Of a stretch of 64,000 nucleotides of DNA, positions 40,301 through 52,300 are shown one piece after another. Source of the DNA: Antedon mediterranea. Lineage: Eukaryota; Animalia; Echinodermata. The notes under the pieces were generated by a model that did no database searches, had not been told where the DNA came from, and saw only the letters and a list, made by a program, of their open reading frames with translations. Position 1 is the first letter of the stretch, and the number at the start of each line of letters is the position of its first letter. A program made the translations under genes and the position numbers. Where the stretch lies: positions 24,848,795-24,912,794 of the forward strand of contig NC_092670.1 of NCBI RefSeq assembly GCF_964355755.1. The letters run 5' to 3'.

Positions 40301-43300
40301 GTATTATTACTAACTATACAGTTGCGTCATTTTAAAGAGGTTTTAAATACAATATTTTTATGTCAATTTTGAATTTGGACTCAACCTAGGTTTAAGAATT
40401 TTTGTATTTTTGTACAAAACCCTTGTTAAAAATGTTTTAGTCTTTTATTAATACTGAATCTGAAGACGGCTGTAGCATAACAACCGAAATGTAGAGGTAT
40501 TCTTAACTTTGTTTTGGCAACACGTGGTGTACAAAAATCATGACTAGTCTTTATTCGTCATGCAATCTGTTTATCTAATTATAAGTATTGTAAATGTGAA
40601 TTTTGCTGTCCTATATAGATATATATAAGATATAATAATTGATAACATGCATTTCATTAAGTCATTGATACATCAATTAAACTATGTAGTATGAATAAAT
40701 ATTTTTTACATTTTAAATACAAAACATGTTAGACGTTTAATAATAATTTTAGAGTCACTCAAGAATGTAATATTTTAAGTTAGAAAATTTCACACATAAA
40801 ATATGGTATTAAAATATAAAATATGGTATTATGAATTAATTTATAACAGGTGAAATCTTTCAAATATTTCATTTATGACATCTTATATATCGTTTTATCA
40901 ATCCATTATATACAATCTTTATACAATTTAATATATTTTAATTCTATTTCAGTTGATGTCAGTTCAACATGAAATATTAGCTTACTTAAATCCTTTGAAT
41001 GTGTTAAAATTTTGGTTGCTGCATTCTAAGAATATTTAAAGCAATTTCAAAATGTATATAAATTTATTTATAGTAAAAAAAAAAAATTACATACCACCCA
41101 TCTGACCCTTAAAGACGTTTCACTGTAGGACCTTATAACAACTCCTTGTGGGTACACAGACGGATCTGAGGGGGAAAATAAAGAAGATATCATAAGCAAA
41201 GATATTGTTCAGGTAACATTGTATTGTGTTGTGTTGTTACACCCTTAATACCTACAAGTGGATACATATAGCTAGGGGTTATTACATTCTTTTTATACCT
41301 TATTTAAAGGTTTAAAAATACATTCGATTTTTTACAGTTTAATGCTATTTACAAAACCAATAATTAGATTCTTTTTTATTCTTTTTTTTTTATTATTCAA
41401 TTTTTAGGCAAATTGTCAAGGATAACCACAAGTGAACTCAATCACTGTCCTTCTCTCAAAGGTGGCTCTCCTGTCAAACATATACACAAGATGCTCTACA
41501 TAAACAAAGACTTATTACAAGTCTTTGGGAGTGGAGTTGCAAATTGTCATGAGAAAAAATCCTGATATATGACAGGACTTGAACCCAGGACTCTTAGATT
41601 GGTAGCCAAGCATCATAACTACCAAGCTACAACTCCACTCACCCCACACACCCAACCCACCAAACAGAATCTCATCTGAAACAATACATATAACTTTACA
41701 ACTGTATACTGTACTTACTGTCTTGATGGGTTTGTGTGGATGATGAAGACTCACTAGGTGCACTAGAGTTAACGATATTCGTGGCGATAATTCTAAAGCG
41801 ATACGTTGTGTATGGAGTCAGGTTCGGGACAGTATAACCGGTTGATTCTGGATCTCTATGCTCGTATATGACCACCCACTGTTGACTGAAGCCAATCTGA
41901 GCCTCGGTTGTCCACTTACGGATACTGGTCTTACCGTCGTAGCCCTGGTTGAATTGGATATACACTGACCTTGGCTGGACATTTGAGATAGCTAAGTTCA
42001 TTGGAGGCATCGGAGGTTCTGAAATGTAAAAAAATATTTTTACATTTACAAGCCAATGTCCATTTGAATATGCCTAAAAGATTGCCTAACAGGTTCACAT
42101 TTTACACCTAATACATTATTTACAAATGAATCTTTTCACCCAACCTACCTGGTGGAACTCCTGACTTAATAGTAGCAGATGACCTCTCCCCCTGACCGAT
42201 TTTTGTCCAAGCAGTTACAGTAATCTCGTACAGGGTTTCGGCGGTGAGACCTGCAATTTCAGTCTTATTGGAGGTTGGTTCTTCAGTCCGTTGTTCAGAT
42301 ACAAACGGGTTGCCTACTTCCAACCAGCCAATTTGATAGGCTAAAACCAAGTAAATTTCACAAATATTAATATTTGGTACTGGCATTAAATGTAGTATAA
42401 CGAACAATAAAAGGTCAATTTACACATACATGCAGTAAAAGGAAAACTGCATGATTGTCCCACGTAGAATCTGTATTATCCTGAGAGTGTTTCCGCTCAA
42501 CCACCCGTCCGCTCCACATTTTGAATAAACGATCATAAAAATAACATAGGCTCTATATTAGTGTATAGCGTTTATCGCTTATTACTACTTGTCTGTGTAA
42601 ATTGGTCTTTATACTTACATGTAATGACTCCGTTTGGCTCACTTGGAGGCTGCCATGTGACAATCAAGGAAGTGTCGTACACATCAGTAAAAGACAGGTC
42701 ACCAACAGGTCCAGGAGCTGGTAAGAAAACAGAATACTTACATACATACATTTGCACACATATTTCTAAAACGACTCTAACATTATATCTAATAAATTCA
42801 TAAATATGTTGTTTTTTCCAGAAAACTAAACCTAATGGAAAAACCTTCCAAAGGAACCGATAGATTTAAAAACCAATGATATTAAGCTGTGGTATGGTCC
42901 CTAATTAATAAATACAACAAAAAAGGGACATTTAATGAAATCATTACAAATTAACAAACTTACTATCTCACGGATTGGTTGGCACAAGTCCATCACATAG
43001 TATGTTAATATCTTTAATCAAATCAAATGACAACTTACTGTCTTCCATGGTTAGCACTCTGATTGGTTGACTCAAGGGTCCGTCACCTGGTGTTGTATAG
43101 CATTTCACTGCTACCTCATAATTGGTGTATTTCTTGAGCATTGTAAGATAGCTAACCTGTTGTTCATTTACTGTATCTATGGCAACATCAACAATTGTCA
43201 CTTGGTCTTCCTGATTGGTCAACCATGCTAGCATCTTTGAGGAAAAAATTGTATATGTTTAAAAACAACAATAAATAAAAGGATGTATTCTGATTTTTTT

Positions 43301-46300
43301 TTTATTAGGGACATCATCTATATATGTTAGATACTTTATATAAAAATGTCAAACAAAACAATTTGCAGCTATTAAGAATTTATGAAGGAAATTTGTTTTC
43401 TTACCTTATATCCTTGGTTGATTCCATTGAGTGTTTGCGGATCAGGTGCTTTCCATTCCATACGGATTGATGTAGAATTTACAGCATACGCATTGACTTC
43501 TTGCGGGGCTTGTGTTGGAATTCCTTCCAATGTGCGCACAGTCACTACGTTGCTATACGCTCCAATCCCTGCTCGGTTATAGCCAGCGATTTCTATCCCA
43601 TACACACTCCACGTGATGAGGTCTGTCAGCACGTATGAAGTTTGCGTGCTGATGTTCAATGTCTTGTATGGGTGTGAATAACCTTGTAGGCGATAACGTA
43701 TGTTGTAACCTTGTAGTATTCCATTTAATGTTTCACTCGGTGGAGCCTTTGAAAAAGACAAATAAATGTACACTAGAATCTTCAAGATCTAAAGCTCTGT
43801 CTACACCATCAAACTTTATGTTGACAAAAAAATGTGATGTGTCCATGTATGGACATGATGATGTCATATTACTACCCTATTTGGGCACATCATACTTTTT
43901 TGTTGTCAAACTAGTTTGATAGTGTAAAGAGAGCTTATTAAGTGTAATCACTACCTCTTTTTAATTTGGTATCATTACAAAAGACAAACAATCCAACAAT
44001 GAATATTTCTCAAAGGAAAACATTTGAAAATAATAAAATTGGCTGACCCAGGCCCTCTGCTGCTCTTAGCAATTGTTTTTAGTGTTCTTTTGTGCCATCT
44101 GGTTATAAATATTTTAATATTAATTTTAAACATTAATGTTTTTTTATCATCTATATTTATATGTTTTTAACGATTTGTACAAAATTATTTAAGTGTGTGA
44201 GACTGAACAGCCTCTTCTTACCTGCCATTCCATGCTAATTTCAGTTGTAGATCTTGCAGATGCAACAACTCCTTGTGGTGGATCATCAGGAGCTGATTAA
44301 GAAAAGAATACAAAAACATGGTTAAATTGAAAGATGGTGCTATAATGTTTTTTAACAGTAAATTTCCATGACCATTCTAGTCAAAATGCCAAATTGTTTT
44401 AAAAAACTTTGACAGGAACTCAATGCTAATTGCTGTTTTTGAATGATATACAAAGTCCAGGAAACTGATAATCTAACATTACTTTTTTTTGCAACAATGT
44501 TTCCCGATTTTATAGGAAACCAAGATATTTTTAATGAACGCCCTTGCATCACGTTTCTTACGCCTCTTACAAAAGCCTTCCAGGAGGATCATGTATTTCG
44601 CCAACCTGATTTCACTGCTATGATTTGTGATCAACATGGTTTAAGTAAAATGACTCAGTTTTAATATATACAGTATGATATTATCAGTGTCATTATTAGC
44701 TGCCTAAAATGTAAACTCAATATTCTCAAGTTTCTATAAGAAAATTAATAATAAATAATAAAAAGCATAATATGACAGAATGAAATATGGACAAAAAGGA
44801 TGGAGAAAAAAGGAAACTACATGCTTATCGAGCTCAACTTTCAATTAAAAAGAGATCTTTAAAAAATTGTACAGTATAATAAATTAAAAATTATTCAGTG
44901 ATGATGAATGCAAATAAGTAACAAACTGTTCTCATATGCCTTCACGTTACAGAGTTTTAATAACTATATGTATTTTACACATGACTGTACACCATTTTAT
45001 TCCTCTATTCAAGATGTCTCCATAGCAACAGAATCTATCACGCATTCTGTATAAAAGCAGCATCTATTGTTTGTAGTCATACCGCCATTAGCCATTATAA
45101 GACAACCAATAGTATTAAAGCGTTGATATTGATTCGGGAAAAACCGGTGCTATTTCTTCAAAGAATTGTTTTGTCTTCATTTATATCAATATATTATACA
45201 GTGGACTGCCACGTCAGCATCATCTTCAAGATTGTCAAATATTTAGCAACAAATATATTTGAAAGGTAAGGAAACTTTTAATATATATATTTAGTTTCTC
45301 TAATACAAATTATTCATACATAAAGTATCTCTTTGGATCCAGCTTGTGATTTAATACACTCCAAAATGAGGGTACATCAATTATGATCTCTGTTGCGTGT
45401 ATTAGCTGTTTGGTTTTACCATGCTATACATACTACTGTAGATATCTGATATTTGTTATTAATTATTCTCATCACATTTATTATTAATTATTAGTGCTTC
45501 TACAAATGGATGACTTTTGGGAGCTGGAACACTAGTAGACTAAGCCCAGTACCGTTTTAATTTTGATCAATCGGAGAAATTTCCCCATGACATACATCCT
45601 ACCTTTATAACTTCTGGGGTTTAATGGTAGAATGTCTGCATATAAAGCAAAAGAGTATGTTTCGTTGCAGCAAAGAGGTTTTTTTTGTCAAATTAGTTTG
45701 ATAGTGTAGACAGAGCTTAAGGTCGACACACACAATGTCAACCTTCCAAGAGTCACTAAAAGAACTACATAAGTATATCACTTTAGTAAAGCTTCAATGC
45801 TCTTCACTATGAAATGTTTATTTTAGTTATTGCAGGTTTCACAATGGCTACTGGTGAAAGTGATTTAAGTCTGTTTCTTGAAAGTATAGATGAGAAGCTG
45901 TTGGAATGCAGCATATGCCTTGCAACACTACGTAATCCAAGATCAATTGCCTGTTTGCACAGCTTCTGTTTAGCATGTCTAGAGAAATGGGTAAAATCAA
46001 ATCATGGAAAGCTATCATGCCCGATTTGTCGCAAGTGGCATCCCATTCCTGATGGTGGGCTTGAAAAGCTTCCACCAAATACATTTGTTAATAACCTGCT
46101 AGAAATCACTGAGCAATTCAAGAAGAAAGAACAAGTGAAATGTGTTTGTGAAGCAACAGAACAGGTGACATACTACTGTAAGGAATGCAGACATTACTTG
46201 TGTTCCGCATGTAGTAAACATCACAAAATGTTGCCAATATTGGCAAGTCATACACTACTTACTGCAGGAGAAGTGCAATTAATGAATAAACAACAATTTG

Positions 46301-49300
46301 CTAATTTACATCCACCATTATGCTCCACTCATAAAAAACCACTGGAGTTGTATTGTACAAAATGTAAAGTACCAATATGCTGGAAATGTGCAATAGTGGA
46401 CCATGCAAAGGGAGCAAACCATGAACCAATCGACATTGTCTCAGCATTCAAAATATTTAAAGGAACTGCAGAAAAATTTAAGAACACTGCAAATGAATGC
46501 CTTAAAAAACTAGAAAATAGAATCAGAGTAGTTACAGAAAATGATATGAAATTAGAAGAAAGTAAAAATGCAAGTTTAAAAAGTATCAATGAACAGTTTG
46601 AAGAAATGGTAAAAATAATGAAGGAAAAAACAGACAAAATGAAGACAAAGGTTGAAGAAAAGTTCACAAATGAAAAAATCGAAAATGATCTGCAACTAAA
46701 TGAACTGAATAAAATCAAGTCAGATTTAAATACAAATATGAGTTTTCTTAATCAGTCACTAAAGAGTGAGCCAGCAACTGCTATGATGTCAAGTGAGATT
46801 GCATTGAATACACTGAAGGATCAAATTAATAATTTTAAAGAAATTAAAGAAATCAGGCAAAATGACAGTGGACAAATTAACTTCTTTGGAAATAAATTCA
46901 CAATTGATTTGCTGAAACAATGCGATATTGGACATGTTACCCCCATTACAGCTGATGATCTGATTCTAGAAGGTCCTGAATGTGTGACACAAAGTCAACC
47001 AATTATTGCCAGAATTAATGTATCACATAAAGTTGGTTTAAGTCAACTGAAAGCAACATGGACACATTCAACAGGAAAATACAACATTGGTCATGTTAAA
47101 CAAGATAACAATTATTATTTTATAAGAGGAGTATGCAATAATCTAGGAATCTGTACATTAAATGTGTATTTCAAAGGGAAACCAATCAAACAATCACCAC
47201 TTGCCATCAAAATAGAGGGGGAAGGACAAGTAACTTATTTTAAAGTTGATAAGAAGCCTATGGGACTAGTCAAATGTGATGATGATTGCTTGCTAATTTC
47301 TTTTGGTACGAATGAAATTCACAAATACAAACAATCAGGAAAATACATAGATAAAATTACTCTACCAGAAGATGTGCAAGTTTACAGAATGTACAAAATG
47401 AAGAATAACAACATAGCATTCAGTGATGTCGGTAATGAATGCATTCAAGTATGTGATATGAATGGTCATGTGATCAAATCCATTGGTAAGGGTGTATTAG
47501 AAACCCCACAAGGCATTCACATAGATGAGGCATCAAATGTTATTTATGTAGCAGATTGGAATACTGAATGTGTGTTCATGTTTGACATCTATAGTGGTAA
47601 GGAACTGATGAAGATAGGATCACAAAAAGAATTATTATTTGGATACAATGATGTAACACTTACTCAAACTGGGAAAGTGCTTGTAACAGATTGGGGAAAT
47701 AGTCAAATTGTATTATATGATAATGAAGACAAGTTATTTAAAGTACTTATCAATGAAGGTGATGAAGATGGTATGGTGAAGTATCCACGTGGAGTTGTAG
47801 TTGATAAGGATGATAACATCATTGTATCAAGTAAACGTAAACTACAACTATTCAGAAGTAATGGAAACTTCATTAAAACAATTTACAAGAAAGATGGAAT
47901 TAAAAACACAGAGCAGTTATGTATCATTTCACCACATAAAATTGCTGTAGCTAATTGGATTGGAAACAGAATTATGATATCAAATTATTGAAGTTGACAC
48001 AAAATTTAAGAGACTGTCCCTTGAAAAAAATTTGTTTGGAAAATAAAAAAAATTCACTTTAAACACTTTATAGAAAACTTGTAAAAAATGTCTAAATTGA
48101 TCAATATTGAAAATATTGTAACATTATATTTATATATTCTGCCTTTATATTGTACTGTGGGAATTTAAGTGACTGAGGAAGTGTCACTGGGTAGGCACAT
48201 AAAGCCTGTTTTTCAACCGCATTTGTACGCATCAATACAAAGAAAAATAAACGTTTTCATATTTACAAAAATTTATGAATTCTAGTCTATTCCATGTTAA
48301 CCATTTTACTGTCCACAATTGAGAGTAAAAACAAAATGGAGGGTAGTAGTCTATTTATTCCAAGCACAATTGAGAGTAAAAACAAAATGGAGGGTAGTAG
48401 TCTATATATTCCAAGCACAATTGAGAGTAAAAACAAAATGGAGGGTAGTAGTCTATTTATTCCAAGCACAATTGAGAGTAAAAACAAAATGGAGGGTAGT
48501 AGTCTATTTATTCCAAGCACAATTGAGAGTAAAAACAAAATGGAGGGTAGTAGTCTTTATATTCCAAGCACAATTGAGAGTAAAAACAAAATGGAGGGTA
48601 GTAGTCTATTTATTCCAAGCACAATTGAGAGTAAAAACAAAATGGAGGGTAGTAGTCTATTTATTCCAAGCACAATTGAGAGTAAAAACAAAATGGAGGG
48701 TAGTAGTCTATTTATTCCAAGCACAATTGAGAGTAAAAACAAAATGGAGGGTAGTAGTCTATTTATTCCAAGCACAATTGAGAGTAAAAACAAAATGGAG
48801 GGTAGTAGTCTATTTATTCCAGGCACAATTGAGAGTAAAAACAAACTGGAAGCTAGTCTACATATTCCAGGCACAATTGAGAGTAAAAACAAACGGGAAG
48901 CTAGTAGTCTACATATTCAGGTACAATTAAAGAGAGTAAAAACAAAATGAAAACAAAAAGTCTACATATTCCAGGCACAATTAAGAGTAAAACAAAATGA
49001 AATGTGTTCAATTGCAATCTGTTCTAGTACCTATAATAAATCTATACTTGCTTTACTTACGTTCTTCTGGTAAAGAAACACGATCAGTGACGGCACTTGT
49101 GGACCCTGCACCAACACTGTTAACAGGCGTTATCCGATAGCGATAAGAATGAGCCGGTCTAATACTGTCTTTCACGGTCAGGGTAGTGTCTGTTGGGTTC
49201 ACATTTGTTAAAATCGTTGCAAATGCATCCACTGAAATGAAAAAAAAAAGAGAGATTAGGTCAAACTTAAGCTCATTAATAAAACAAGTCAATGGAAGAT

Positions 49301-52300
49301 ACAACTTGAAATATTAAGTACTAAAGGATCATGTCAAAACTATCCTACTACTAAATTTTGGGATGGGTATATTTCTTAGTATTTGTTATCTTAAAAACGT
49401 CACTTACAGTCTTCTTGTTGTTCCACAATGTATCGCACCAGCGGGCTATTTCCATCAAATCCTGGCGTCCAACTCAGCACAATTGTCCTTGCTTGAACAT
49501 TACTCAACTGTGCAATAAGATTCAATGGTGCATGAGGCAATTCTGAAAATATAAATTTAATTTAATTTAGAAATAATTACTTTATTGTTAAAATGACATA
49601 AACACCCCTCACCACAAATGGTATAGATCACAAACTCATGATATGTGGGAGAATCAATTTATTTTTTAGAATAGGCTATTGTTGGTTTATCCAGGTAAGC
49701 CAGGCATGAAATAGACTAACTATTATAAACATTATCATAAACATTTATCTAGGACATGTTATCAAACAATATCCATCGAATATTCAAATCTTTACTTCTT
49801 TAACAAATTATTAGAACAAATAAAAGTGAATTATACGTTGCCATGACAATAGTACACAGTAATTACATTGCTATGGAAATACACTATACATATATTAAAA
49901 TACAAAATTAATGTATTTCATTGATTTTTCAGCTGCAATCTTATTTCCTGTAAAAGGTTTAATTTTGTTAAATTAAAGAGAAATCAAATTACCATCAGTA
50001 TTTTACAATGTACAGTAGCAGTATATAATGCTATACTAGACAATAATGAAGTTACTAGGATACTTTAACGATACCAAGGTTAGAGAAATGTTTCAATTTT
50101 TATAGATTAAACATGATAGTACTAGAGAAATATGAAGAAGAGAAACTAAAGGAATTTCTTACAAGCGAAGGCTAGTTACCTATTCAACCAAAGCAAAAAA
50201 AAAAAAAAAAATGAATCCATGGAAAGTTTTGTTATGAAGGGATTACATTAAATTAGCCATAAAAAAAGCCCTCTCCCTCTAGCATTGGATTGGGAACTCT
50301 GATATTTAACGCTTCCCTTACCCAATATTGTAAGAAGCGCTTTAGCCGAGTCATCTCCAGCTGATGATGTCACATTACACTCGTACAACCCCTTATCGCT
50401 TTGTCTTGCTTGAGTAATCCGGAGCGACCCATCAGATAACCGATTGAAACGTGAATCAAGAAAGTCTACTGGCACGCCCTCTTGGTACCAAATGATGTTG
50501 ATATTGACAGTAGGATCGTAACTGATGATGCAGTTGATGGTGGTATCTGCTCCTAGAATTACTTCAGTGTTTATGGGTCTGGTTGCAATGTATGTCAGTT
50601 CTTAACAAAAAAATTATGATAAAATGAGATATTAAGGCTTTATTTTTATTAACTATAATTTTAGATTTTAAAATGTCATCTCTGTCGTTTTTAAGAAATA
50701 TATTTAGATAACGAGTACTTAAGTACAGTAGCGAGTATGTTTGAAGTGGACCTGTAGTTTGGTGTTTAACATGCTTGCCTTCCAATCCCAAGGTTCAGGG
50801 TTCAATCATGACCTAGTGCCAGGGTTAAACTCACAACTCTTTCAAATCCACTTTCTAAGCCTCAAATGAGACTTAATTTATAAGCATGATAAATTGTAAA
50901 ATAGTTTATCAACCCTATAATTGGTGAGTTACTAGATGTTAAATGTGTATGAAAGAAGAAGTGGTACTTACTTTGGACCAATAAATAAGCGCTAGCATTA
51001 ACAGATCCTACAGAGTTTTGTGCAATGCATGTATATAGTCCAGTATCTGAAGTCCTTGCACTCAACAGGACAAGATCGCCATTGTCATTTAACACAAAGT
51101 TATTATCAACAGCATAGTCATCGGTAACAATTAATGTTTCACCTACAAAAAAAAGAATTCAAATTATACTTGCAGAAAAATATATGGCATAATTCATAGC
51201 AAAATAAACAATGCACATAGCTATTGCAAGTTGGATTGAATACATTTACCCTACTACCTGTAGTACATAGCAGCTAACCTGTGGAGATGCAGTTTATTAG
51301 TATATAATATTCTATTCTCAATTTCTATTATTGTTATCTATTATCCAACAAATTTGCATTCATATATACTATGAATATAGGATTCAGAAACCAGGGACAC
51401 GAACCAACTTTTATAATAAACAATTTACACATAATATTTTCAGATTGAGTTGCTTTTTTCTTTTCTAACACATAAGATATAAAGTTATTTTGAATTCAGT
51501 GCACTAAAATAGGGTACAGCTACTGCAGAAACACGCTTATCAAAATGACGCAATTGCATTTGGGCACTGCACAACATCTCATAATGATTGATTCGGAAAG
51601 ATAGCAAATTGCACCCACGGGTCATCAGCTGTAAACTTAAACTTTAAATGCTGATGATTTTATCAACCAATTTCTCATTACTGTTGAGACCCTGAAGCCA
51701 ATATTATTATACTTAATGGTGAGTAACTTTACATTCATGTCTATGCCTGCCTTCATACTAGTTTCACAAAAATCTTTAGCATATTCATCCTATTCCTAAC
51801 ACTTGACATAGTTTAACAACATTTTTATAGTTTTTGGATAAATCTAGTTTATTTAGTTTACTTTAGTTTAGTCATCCAGTCAAAATTGATTTACCTTGTG
51901 AAGGTGATGAGATAGAGAAATATTCTAATAAAGGTTAGTGGTGGCGATGGTAATATTGATAAGTGGTGGTGGTAGTATTGATGATGGTGGTGGTGTTGAT
52001 GACGGTGATATAGTGGTGATGAAGATAATATTGGCTAAATGGCTAATACTCCTTTTACATAGCCTAGCAAAAGTTGTATACACACACAGATCTCAACACC
52101 AACATTTGTAAGGTCTGCACCCCTTTTTTAGGCCAAAGAAAGGGGTACTAGGGTAAATATCAGATTGGTAATTGTAATAATATTCATTTAAAAATAAAAA
52201 ATACATAACAATGGATGACAGTAAACAGCAGGCCAATATTAATATAGCTTAACTACACAAAAAAGTTAAGAAATCTTAAAAAGTCCATCAGATCATTCTC

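Noticed and set aside
45814-45843. [10 protein letters not shown] as the TRIM N-terminus or a signal peptide
   Set aside because: It overlaps a pyrimidine tract and the ttgcag acceptor, and ATG 45844 has the better context.
46329-46718. 129-aa hydrophobic antisense ORF
   Set aside because: It is a shadow of the Lys/Glu-rich TRIM coiled coil.
48287-48950. Repeat ORFs of 83-218 aa as real genes
   Set aside because: They follow from a stop-free 51-bp unit, have no domain or splice support, and are kept only as a low-interest finding.
51895-52034. Pro/Ser/His-rich exon candidate with donor AAG|gtaaat
   Set aside because: There is a stop codon in the required phase-1 frame, and the region is a degenerate (GGT/GAT)n microsatellite.
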